In this document: piece after piece, positions 46,427-54,690 of the stretch
Layout of the letters: the number at the start of each line of letters is the position of its first letter
How positions within the stretch are numbered: the first letter of the stretch is position 1
From: Candidatus Hadarchaeota archaeon
GTDB lineage: Archaea > Hadarchaeota > Hadarchaeia > Hadarchaeales > Hadarchaeaceae
Length of the DNA stretch: 61,165 bases
Assembly (NCBI GenBank): GCA_964575725.1
Contig: CAZNRG010000001.1
Span: forward strand, 1-61,165
Reading direction: 5' to 3'
Position numbers and translations under genes: made by a program
The notes under the pieces: model-generated
What the model saw: only the letters and a program-made list of their open reading frames with translations
What the model was told of the DNA's origin: nothing
Databases searched by the model: none

Positions 46427-47464
46427 CTAAAAATACTTCCTCAGTTTTTCGGCAACGTTTTCTGGCATCGTCTCGACGACCGTCTCGTGTTGGAGTTTCT
46501 CCATGAAGCCATCGTCGCTCGTGTAAAGGTGCTTCGGGCTCGGTCTAGAGACCAACTTTGCGTTGAGGGAGTAATACTCACTTAGGTCCTCGTCACACGG
46601 GCCGGAAAACGTCGTCATGTTGAAACTCTGAACTCCGAGAGCATGATAGCCCTTCAAAATTTGAGAGAGTCCATCACAGAAATCTCCGAACCCGCGTTTT
46701 TTGAGGCTGATTATCGCGGAGGCCCCAGCGAAGACTGCTATGACCTCGTTGTTGCCCCCGGGAGCAAAACTCGTGAGCCAGGTGACGGGACCAGTTTTTC
46801 CGATGAACCGCTTCCCCTCCTTTTTTTCTGTATCCACCAAATCTGACCAATAATTGCTTCTCTCTCGGTCGAAGTAGGACTTGCTGCGTCCGATAAGCTC
46901 TTGGAGCTGCGAGGTCGGTTCAGGGTCCGCCGTGAGCTGAACGTGCGGGTGGATTATGCTGGCCCCAGCAGGTGGCATGTGGTTCCAGTTTATGTGCCAG
47001 TACTTAATTTCGGGATGCCTCTCGTGCACCTGTTCGAAATACTTCAAGCATCCCTCGAAACAATCCCTGAGCAACTTCGGTGAAAATTGATTGAGGTGTA
47101 GGTGGTGGGCCTCCGAGAAAACCCCGATTGCATGAAACCCGCCGAACGGGAAGAGATTGGGAAATAGGCACGCTGTCCCGACCTTTATCCTCTTCTCCGG
47201 AAAATCCTCTGGGAACATGGGGGTCATTTTTTCCAAATTTTCTGGGCAGAAAAAACATTTGGATCGAGAGGCTTCAACAATTTTTTCAATTTCAGTTGCT
47301 TCGGCTGCTTGCTTCGGCCTCTTCGTCCGCTCAAGGTTTATCCTGCACCGCCCTCCGGTCAGCGGATCCCTCCTGACCTCGATAGGCTGAGTGACCTGCT
47401 TGAATCCTTGGAGGGGGCTCAGTAGTCTAGCTTCCTGAACCATCTTCTCAAACTTGATCGCCAT
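46427..47464 (-). CDS. Galactose-1-phosphate uridylyltransferase-family (HIT-like NDP-hexose:hexose-1-P nucleotidyltransferase/phosphorylase)
   Basis: CFFCPEN (Zn site) and GASIIHPHVQL (the HxHxQ active site). Confidence 0.65.
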   Translation of the reverse strand: MAIKFEKMVQEARLLSPLQGFKQVTQPIEVRRDPLTGGRCRINLERTKRPKQAAEATEIEKIVEASRSKCFFCPENLEKMTPMFPEDFPEKRIKVGTACLFPNLFPFGGFHAIGVFSEAHHLHLNQFSPKLLRDCFEGCLKYFEQVHERHPEIKYWHINWNHMPPAGASIIHPHVQLTADPEPTSQLQELIGRSKSYFDRERSNYWSDLVDTEKKEGKRFIGKTGPVTWLTSFAPGGNNEVIAVFAGASAIISLKKRGFGDFCDGLSQILKGYHALGVQSFNMTTFSGPCDEDLSEYYSLNAKLVSRPSPKHLYTSDDGFMEKLQHETVVETMPENVAEKLRKYF

Positions 47465-47522
47465 AGATATCCCAGAATAACCAAAATTTTTCGGCTTTTA
47501 ATTTTTTGGTATAATCACCCAG

Positions 47523-48539
47523 CTAACCTCTTTCGCCGTATTTTTCAAAAACGCACACGAATATGAGATCCTTGTCTGAGGTATTGTAAACGCGATGAAA
47601 CTTATCAGGCCTGATCGGTACGACGTCTTTGCTTCTCACCCTCATCCGCTTTCCATCGAGCTCGATCTCTCCTTCACCCTCGACGAAAAAGTAGACCTCG
47701 GCCACGGGGTGGGAGTGTCCAGTGGTGTGCTTGCCCGCATGCAAAATTGTGATGGAAAGCACGAGGTTTTTGCCTAGAGGTTTATCGCACACGATGTAGC
47801 GGTCATCGCTTTTAACGAGCCTCGCGTCGCTAAATGCCTGCAGATAACTCTTGTGGGAGACATCGTACCACTCGCCACTAAACAGATATCCTTTGACTTT
47901 CTTGCCTCGCTCGATCAAATGCTGAATGAAAAATCCGGGAGCATCCTGCTTCTGCTTTTTGCAAAATTCATCCAAGATCGGAAACACGCGCTTGGGGAGA
48001 ATATATATGCCAGCCCCCACGTAATCGCTGAGCGGCGGGCTGACTTTTTCCTTGAAATCGGTTATATGGAAGCTCTCCCTTGGCGGCGGATAGCCATTGC
48101 TCCCCCCAAATTTCATCGTCGCCATCTCCTCCGGTTTCATGTCCGGCTTTTTGCCAACGTAGTAAACGCCGACGAGTGGTTCGCCCGTGTAACTGGAGAT
48201 AAAGCCCTTGAAATCGGATGAAAAGTAGTTATCAACACAAACCACTAGAAGATCCTCATCAATTTTGAGTTGCTTGATTGCGTTGTTGATTGCCGAGACT
48301 GCCCCAAGCTTCTCTTTCTCAGCCATCGCCTCTTCGATGAGAACATTATCATACTTTTCAAAAAAACTTTCAAACCTTTTGTTTGTGGAAATGATGTGTT
48401 CAATTTTTTCCGCTTTGAGCTTCTTGACCAAATGGTTAAGGGCCGTATCCCCTTCGACGACGATCATCGCTTTAGGCATCTGCTCGCCGATGGGCCCAAG
48501 CCGAGTTGCAAACCCGCCTGCTAAAATCAATGCTTTCAT
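47523..48539 (-). CDS. Sugar-1-phosphate nucleotidylyltransferase fused to a C-terminal cupin domain
   Basis: MKALILAGGFATRLGP...PKAMI (NTP-transferase G-loop). The C-terminus reads GHSHPVAEVYFFVEGEGEIELDG...PDKFHRVYN (cupin motifs). Confidence 0.7.
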   Translation of the reverse strand: MKALILAGGFATRLGPIGEQMPKAMIVVEGDTALNHLVKKLKAEKIEHIISTNKRFESFFEKYDNVLIEEAMAEKEKLGAVSAINNAIKQLKIDEDLLVVCVDNYFSSDFKGFISSYTGEPLVGVYYVGKKPDMKPEEMATMKFGGSNGYPPPRESFHITDFKEKVSPPLSDYVGAGIYILPKRVFPILDEFCKKQKQDAPGFFIQHLIERGKKVKGYLFSGEWYDVSHKSYLQAFSDARLVKSDDRYIVCDKPLGKNLVLSITILHAGKHTTGHSHPVAEVYFFVEGEGEIELDGKRMRVRSKDVVPIRPDKFHRVYNTSDKDLIFVCVFEKYGERG

Positions 48540-48551
48540 TCGCTCCCGCTC

Positions 48552-49337
48552 CTATTTTCGTGTTTTCAAATTTATTAGTCTTTCAAAAAATACCTTAACC
48601 TCGCCAACATTTTTTACGAAGTATTTTGCGTTCGATTCTATCGGCCTTTCCGAAACCAAGATGGTTATGCCCTTTTCACGCAGGGCTGAGAATGCATCTT
48701 CATCCGTTCGGTCATCCCCCACATAAACCGGCTTGAGCTCCCCTTTGGGGTCAACCACGCTAGATATCCAGAGCACCGCTTTTCCCTTGTCCCACTCAAC
48801 GTTCGGCCTTATTTCAAAAACTTTCTTGCCGTGGGTAACCCTCACCGCCCCCGAATCTATGTGCGGCTTAACTGCCTCTTCGAAAATGTTTTTCAAACGC
48901 CCAAATTCTTCCTGCGCGACCAATCGATAGTGGACGCTCGCCGTCGACCCCTTGTCCTCGACGATCGCGCCTTTGATGTTGCTCAGTTTCGATCGCAGCT
49001 CCTCGCAAAGTTTGACCAAGATCGGGCGCGCTCGCTCGGCTTCGGGCTTGACGAGCTTAACCCCCGGGCCACTTATCTCAAACCCGTGGTTTCCGGCATA
49101 ATAAATCCCCTCCAACCCGACCAGTTCCTTGACGCCAGCGAGTGACCTACCGCTTATTATCCCCAACGTGTAGTGCTGGGACGCGCGCTTGAGTAGTTCC
49201 CTCATATCGGGCGAAAGAACTGCAAGCTCAGGTCTTTCGACAATAGGAGTGAGAGTGCCATCGTAATCGAGCAGCAACATGGCGCCGGGCGCTAGAGCTC
49301 GCTCTATGTCCCCCCAGCGATCGAAAAGATATTCCAT
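48552..49337 (-). CDS. otsB: Trehalose-6-phosphate phosphatase (HAD family)
   Basis: LLLDYDGTLTPIV, IISGR, VFEIRP and YVGDDRTDEDAF. Confidence 0.8.
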   Translation of the reverse strand: MEYLFDRWGDIERALAPGAMLLLDYDGTLTPIVERPELAVLSPDMRELLKRASQHYTLGIISGRSLAGVKELVGLEGIYYAGNHGFEISGPGVKLVKPEAERARPILVKLCEELRSKLSNIKGAIVEDKGSTASVHYRLVAQEEFGRLKNIFEEAVKPHIDSGAVRVTHGKKVFEIRPNVEWDKGKAVLWISSVVDPKGELKPVYVGDDRTDEDAFSALREKGITILVSERPIESNAKYFVKNVGEVKVFFERLINLKTRK

Positions 49338-49342
49338 TCAAA

Positions 49343-50824
49343 TCACGAGATAAATTTCGCACCCTCGCAGATGAAATCCGCCAACCATTTGAAAACGTTG
49401 TTCCGCTTTACATTGCCCCTCAAACTCTTCATCCTTCGACGTTTTTCCTTTGGCGGCATCTCCAAGGTATCCCTTAACGCGTCCGCAAATCCCTCTATAT
49501 CATAAGGATTGACGACCACAGCATCTTTCAGCTCGTCCGTGGCTCCCGCAAATTTACTTAGTATTAGTGCACCGGTGCAATCGACGTTTGCGGCGATGAA
49601 CTCCTTTGCGACCAAGTTCATCCCATCCTGCAGGGGGCTCACAATGCATACATCGGCAGTTCTGTATAGTGCAAAAAGCCTATCGGGGCCCAGCTTACTC
49701 TCGATGTAAATAATCGGCTTCCAATATCCCCTCATGTATTTCCAGTTGATTTTGTCGACGGCTTTGGAGATCTTTTCATTCAGCTCCATGTAGGCTGGGA
49801 TGCGGTTGCGACTCGGTGCCCCTGCTTCCACAAACACGAATTTGTTCTGGTACTCCGGGTATTTCTCCAAAAATCTATCTATGGCCCGGAACCTCTCGAT
49901 GATTCCCTTTGTGTAGTCGATCCGGTCGACGCCGACGCCGATGTATTTATACGGGATGTATTGGGGGGCTCGAACGCGCCTCATCTCGCGCCTCACGTCA
50001 GGTTTTTTTGCCCGCCTGTCAATCGTGTCAAAATCTATGCTTATCGGGAAGGGCCTCACCCGAACGGTGCGCCCCCTGTATTTCACGTTGAATGTCATAT
50101 AATCGGCTTTAACCCCCACCAACTTCTCGACACTCGCTAGGAAATTGATGCAGTAATTGGGGAGGTGAAAACCGATGAGGTCGTTCGCGAGCATGCCCTC
50201 GAGCACCTCCTTCGCCCACGGCAGGAGCGTGAAGGTATTCCAAGTTGGCCAGGGGATGTGCCAAAAGTGAGCGAGCACGAGCTTTTGTTTCTTTGGGGCC
50301 CCGTTCCTAACCATTTTGGGCGCTAGGGCCAAATGGTAGTCGTGGAACCAAATGAGAGCTTTATCGACTCCTTTTGTTTCTTCCCTAATTGCCTCCGCGT
50401 ACAGTTCATTTGAGTGCTTATACCCGCACCAGAATGATTTCTTGAAAATCGGCTCCCTAAACACGTTATGACAGAGGGGCCAGAGAGCCTGATTCGAAAA
50501 ACCGAAATAAAACATGTCCACCTCATCCTTCGACATCCACACCCTCTTCAACGTATATTTCGGATTACCGGGAGGGACCCTGCACCGATTTTGTTTATCG
50601 ACATTTTCCCGATCGGCATCCCCGCTGCCGCCAGCCACCCACGTGCCGCCGGTAGCCTGCATTAAAGGGTCCAAGGCTGCCGTCAGGCCTCCAGCGGGGG
50701 TCTTGACACTGACTCCATCAGGAGTGTACATGTGGAGGTATGGCTCGCGGTTTGAAACGATGAGGAATTTATAGCCCCTCAACTTCGTTTTCACCAGCTT
50801 CTGAACGTCCTTTGCAGACAACAT
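49343..50824 (-). CDS. otsA: Trehalose-6-phosphate synthase (GT20)
   Basis: IVSNREP, GGLTAALDP, YFGFSNQALWPLCH, IWFHDYHL, FWHIPWP, GVDRIDYTKG and EGMNLVAKEF. Start set at the ATG at 50824. The ORF is open to 50881. Confidence 0.85.
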   Translation of the reverse strand: MLSAKDVQKLVKTKLRGYKFLIVSNREPYLHMYTPDGVSVKTPAGGLTAALDPLMQATGGTWVAGGSGDADRENVDKQNRCRVPPGNPKYTLKRVWMSKDEVDMFYFGFSNQALWPLCHNVFREPIFKKSFWCGYKHSNELYAEAIREETKGVDKALIWFHDYHLALAPKMVRNGAPKKQKLVLAHFWHIPWPTWNTFTLLPWAKEVLEGMLANDLIGFHLPNYCINFLASVEKLVGVKADYMTFNVKYRGRTVRVRPFPISIDFDTIDRRAKKPDVRREMRRVRAPQYIPYKYIGVGVDRIDYTKGIIERFRAIDRFLEKYPEYQNKFVFVEAGAPSRNRIPAYMELNEKISKAVDKINWKYMRGYWKPIIYIESKLGPDRLFALYRTADVCIVSPLQDGMNLVAKEFIAANVDCTGALILSKFAGATDELKDAVVVNPYDIEGFADALRDTLEMPPKEKRRRMKSLRGNVKRNNVFKWLADFICEGAKFIS

Positions 50825-50883
50825 AGGAATACGTTGCACCGATGTTTTAAATATCTTTACCAGATACCGAGAATGGTGCATGG

Positions 50884-51930
50884 ATGGCGTTAGAAGAATT
50901 CTGGCAGTTCCTGATGCCTATTTTAATATTGGTTGGGTTTGTCGTGGCAGGTTATGTGCTGAGATTTGTGTTAAACGTTTACATCACTAGACTCACCAGA
51001 AAAACGAAAACCAAAATTGACGATATTATTCTCGATGCGATTAAGGTACCGATAGTTGTGATATTCTTGATTATCGGCATTCGATTTGCACTGGAACATG
51101 CAACGTTTGTCCCATATCATGCATCGATCATGCAATATATTCCGACTATCTCTCACCTGTTGATCATCTTAATAGCAACGTGGTGTGCCGCGAGGATTAT
51201 AACTGGGATATTGAAATACTACGGCACTGTACGCCCGAGCATAAAGACGCTCGTGCCAACGCTCCAGAAAATCATGAAAATCCTCGTCTTTTTTGTTGGC
51301 TTCATCTTGATACTCGACGGGCTCGGCATCCAAGTAACTGCGCTGGTCGCTGCTTTTGGCATAGGGGGCATTGCCATTGCCTTTGCCCTTCAAGGGACGC
51401 TATCCGAGTTCTTCGCGGGCATGTACATCATGTCAGATCGGCCCGTGAGGGTTGGGGATTACGTCGAGTTAGATTCTGGCCAGAAGGGCTATGTCATAGA
51501 TATCGGCTGGCGTAGCACGAAGATACGTGAACTCCCAAACAACATAATAGTGGTCCCGAATTCAAAGCTGGCGGGGACCATCGTCACCAACTTTTACTTG
51601 CCCGAGCAGGAGATGTCCGCCTTGGTTCAGGTGGGGGTCAGCTATGGCAGCGACCTCGAAAAGGTCGAACGGGTGACAATTGACGTTGGTAAGAAAGTGT
51701 TGAAGAAGGTGACCGGAGGGGTGCCTAAGTTCGAGCCATTCATTCGTTACCACACCTTCAGCGACTTCAGCATAAACTTCAGCGTCATCCTGAGAGTCAA
51801 GGAATACGTGGACAAGTACCTGCTCATCCACGAATTCGTCAAGGAGCTGCACAAACGCTATAAGAAGGAAGGCATCGAGATCCCGTTCCCGATCCGCACG
51901 GTCTACATGCCCAAGAGACGGGCTTCCTAG
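50884..51930 (+). CDS. MscS-family mechanosensitive channel
   Basis: It has three N-terminal TM helices. These are followed by GIGGIAIAFALQGTLSEFFAGMYIMSDRPVRVGDYVE and the beta-domain. Confidence 0.8.
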   Translation: MALEEFWQFLMPILILVGFVVAGYVLRFVLNVYITRLTRKTKTKIDDIILDAIKVPIVVIFLIIGIRFALEHATFVPYHASIMQYIPTISHLLIILIATWCAARIITGILKYYGTVRPSIKTLVPTLQKIMKILVFFVGFILILDGLGIQVTALVAAFGIGGIAIAFALQGTLSEFFAGMYIMSDRPVRVGDYVELDSGQKGYVIDIGWRSTKIRELPNNIIVVPNSKLAGTIVTNFYLPEQEMSALVQVGVSYGSDLEKVERVTIDVGKKVLKKVTGGVPKFEPFIRYHTFSDFSINFSVILRVKEYVDKYLLIHEFVKELHKRYKKEGIEIPFPIRTVYMPKRRAS

Positions 51931-51984
51931 CCTCCTTGTTTATTTAATCCCCCGCAACAAACGGTTATCGAAAGTGGTGTTCAG

Positions 51985-53391
51985 ATGGTGCTCGATAGAC
52001 TTGGTAGGGCTCTGCACGGCGCCCTCCGGAAGCTGACCCGGGCAACCCACGTCGACGAGCGGGCGATCAAGGAACTCGTGCGGGACATCCAGCGCGCCCT
52101 GCTCCAAGCCGACATCAACGTGGAGCTCGTACTGGAGCTAACGAAGCGGATAGAAAAGCGGGCGCTCGAGGAGAAGCTTCCCCCAGGCATGGCGCGCAAG
52201 GAACACATCATCAAGATCGTCTACGAGGAACTTTCCAATCTGATGGGTCGGCCAGCCCAGTTGCAGCTCAAGCCCGGGAAGCCCACGGTGCTACTCATGG
52301 TCGGCCTTCAGGGGAGCGGGAAGACGACCTCGGTGGCAAAGCTAGCGGCCCACTTCAAGAAACGGGGTTTCAAGGTTGGCATCGTCTGCGCGGACACCTT
52401 CCGCCCGGGTGCGTACGAACAGCTTAGCCAGCTTAGCCAGCAGGTTGGGGTAGGATTTTTCGGCGACCTCAAAGCCAAAGATTCGATCAAGCTCGCGAAG
52501 GGGGGCGTCAAGCAGTTCAAAAAAGAGCGCCTTGAACTGATCATCGTCGACTCGGCCGGCAGGCATCGCAAAGAGGAAACCCTGATGAAAGAGATGCGCC
52601 AAATCGCCAAAGCAATAGGGCCGGACGAGATCATGCTCGTCGTGGATGGGACGATGGGGCAACAGGCGAGGGAGCAAGCTGCCGCATTCAAGGCTGCAAC
52701 TGACATAGGCTCTATTCTGGTGACCAAACTGGATGGCACCGCGAAAGGTGGTGGTGCTCTCTCCGCAGTCACGGCCACGGAGGCGCCGATAAAATTTATT
52801 GGTGTCGGGGAACACCTTGATGACCTCGAGCCGTTCATACCCGAAAAATTCGTGGCCCGCATGCTCGGAATGGGCGACATAGAAACGCTGCTCAAGCGAA
52901 TCGAGGAAACCGCAAGAGTCGAGGAAATGAAACCCGCCGACATGAAAGCGATCCTTGCGGGTAAGCTTACCCTGCGGGATGTCTACAGCCAGCTCGAGAT
53001 GATGGGCAAGATGGGGCCCCTCAAGAAGCTCATGCAGATGATCCCGGGGATGGGTGTCGCGGTGCCAGATGAGCAGATGCGTGTCGGAGAGGAGAAGCTG
53101 AAGCGATTTAAGGTAATAATGCAATCGATGACCCCTGGGGAGCTCGAGAACCCCAAGGTGCTCAACGCCTCTCGAATCCGCAGGGTAGCCCAGGGGTCAG
53201 GTACGAGTGAGGCGGATGTGAAGGAACTTTTGAAGCAGTACGAACTCGTTCGAAAATTCATCAAGACGATGGTGAAGGGGCGGGGCCCCAAGTTCGGCCC
53301 TTTTGCGAAGCTCATGAAGGAGCTATCGAAGGGAGCACCACCGGATTTTGACATTGGTGGTGGGAAAGCTCTTAAACGTGGGGACGAGTAA
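51985..53391 (+). CDS. srp54: Signal recognition particle protein SRP54
   Basis: It has an N domain, a G domain (GLQGSGKTT, DTFRPGA, VDSAGR, TKLDG) and a Met-rich M domain (MGKMGPLKKLMQMIPGMG). Confidence 0.92.
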   Translation: MVLDRLGRALHGALRKLTRATHVDERAIKELVRDIQRALLQADINVELVLELTKRIEKRALEEKLPPGMARKEHIIKIVYEELSNLMGRPAQLQLKPGKPTVLLMVGLQGSGKTTSVAKLAAHFKKRGFKVGIVCADTFRPGAYEQLSQLSQQVGVGFFGDLKAKDSIKLAKGGVKQFKKERLELIIVDSAGRHRKEETLMKEMRQIAKAIGPDEIMLVVDGTMGQQAREQAAAFKAATDIGSILVTKLDGTAKGGGALSAVTATEAPIKFIGVGEHLDDLEPFIPEKFVARMLGMGDIETLLKRIEETARVEEMKPADMKAILAGKLTLRDVYSQLEMMGKMGPLKKLMQMIPGMGVAVPDEQMRVGEEKLKRFKVIMQSMTPGELENPKVLNASRIRRVAQGSGTSEADVKELLKQYELVRKFIKTMVKGRGPKFGPFAKLMKELSKGAPPDFDIGGGKALKRGDE

Positions 53392-53432
53392 TTTAAAAGC
53401 GTGGTGTTGAGGCTGATTTCTTAGGTGTTCGT

Positions 53433-53726
53433 ATGGCTAAAAGATCGAAGGGTTATCGAAGTAAGAGCAGAGGAAAGCTCACTAAGCATGTTCGTGAGCG
53501 TGGGCTTTCGCCCGTGAGCCGGGTGATCCAAGAGTTTGGGCCCGGCGCTAAGGTTGCGATCATCCTTGACCCAGGAATGGTGAAAGGGCAGCCCCACCCG
53601 AGGTACCACGGCAGAATCGGGGTCGTTCAGGAGCGTCGTGGGCGAGCCTATGTGGTCGAGGTCAAGGACGGGGGGTCCATCAAAAAGATTATTTCCCGTC
53701 CAGAACACCTCAGGGCGTGGGGGTAA
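53433..53726 (+). CDS. rpl21e: 50S ribosomal protein L21e
   Basis: MAKRSKGYRSKSRGKL...FGPGAKVAIILDP...HPRYHGRIGVV. Confidence 0.9.
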   Translation: MAKRSKGYRSKSRGKLTKHVRERGLSPVSRVIQEFGPGAKVAIILDPGMVKGQPHPRYHGRIGVVQERRGRAYVVEVKDGGSIKKIISRPEHLRAWG

Positions 53727-53727
53727 G

Positions 53728-54066
53728 ATGATAGGAAAGGAAGTAAAGGGCGAAAAACCCGTGCCGTTGGCCAAAGTGCTTGAAATCCTCGAAAAACAAA
53801 AAAAACGAGGCGATCTGGAGTACGGACAGCGGCTGACCTACGACTACGCACAGAAATTTGCGGGGATGGACATTAAAAAAACAGAGGAACTGATCGGTGA
53901 GCTGCTTAAGCTCGAGAAGATCAGAGAACATCAAGCGGTCGCACTCGTCGATTTGATGCCGGGGAAAAAGGAGGATGTGGAGCTCATTTTCGCGAAGGAG
54001 CGAACGAGGCTTGAGGAAGAAGACATCAAGAAAATTTTAGAACTGATAAACAAGTACCGGAAGTAG
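53728..54066 (+). CDS. rpoF: DNA-directed RNA polymerase subunit F (Rpo4)
   Basis: MIGKEV...YDYAQKFA...VALVDLMP...ELIFAKER has the same layout as archaeal RpoF. It starts 2 nt after the L21e stop, in the conserved L21e-RpoF-DUF655 order. Confidence 0.75.
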   Translation: MIGKEVKGEKPVPLAKVLEILEKQKKRGDLEYGQRLTYDYAQKFAGMDIKKTEELIGELLKLEKIREHQAVALVDLMPGKKEDVELIFAKERTRLEEEDIKKILELINKYRK

Positions 54067-54087
54067 TTCCTAGCTGATTGGAGGCGT

Positions 54088-54690
54088 GTGTTTTTGGTCG
54101 ATAAGAAATATGAGGACCGAGGCATAGTGTTGGATTTCCTACCACAAGGGCACCCCAGCGACCCAAGGCCTATTCACCTACGCGAGCCCATGGCCCAAAT
54201 TCTCGGTGACACGTTCTTTACCCTGCTCGAAATCGTTCCCATAAAGGAGGTAACGTTTACTCCTCACGAACGCGTCTTTATAGGTAAAGGTGAGCGCGAC
54301 AAGGTCGAACGAATCAAACGCCGCGTGGGCTACGAGGAACTCACGGCCGCGGCAAAGGCGGAGCTACCGGTCGCCATAGAGGGGCTGATCAATGAGGCCC
54401 CGGAGCGGTTCATCGAGTTCTTCAACCGCGCCGCGCCTCTGACCACGCGCTTTCACCAGCTCGAACTCATCCCGGGGATAGGGAAGAAGCTCATGTGGGC
54501 GGTTATCGAGGAGCGAAAGAAGGGACCATTCGCGGACTTCGATGATTTAAACAAAAGGGTAAAAGGGCTGACCAACCCGAAAAGTCTGATCGCGAAACGG
54601 ATAACCATGGAGTTGGAAGGCGTCGACAGATACCGCGTCTTTGTGCGCCCGCCATCTAGAAGGGCTTCCGCCGAGGACGAGGCACCTTAG
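54088..54690 (+). CDS. DUF655-family protein (COG1491, predicted RNA/nucleic-acid binding with HhH C-terminus)
   Basis: GIVLDFLPQGHP, AQILGDTFFTLLE and HQLELIPGIGKKLMWAVIEER. GTG start after GGAGG. Canonical position after rpoF. Confidence 0.7.
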   Translation: MFLVDKKYEDRGIVLDFLPQGHPSDPRPIHLREPMAQILGDTFFTLLEIVPIKEVTFTPHERVFIGKGERDKVERIKRRVGYEELTAAAKAELPVAIEGLINEAPERFIEFFNRAAPLTTRFHQLELIPGIGKKLMWAVIEERKKGPFADFDDLNKRVKGLTNPKSLIAKRITMELEGVDRYRVFVRPPSRRASAEDEAP

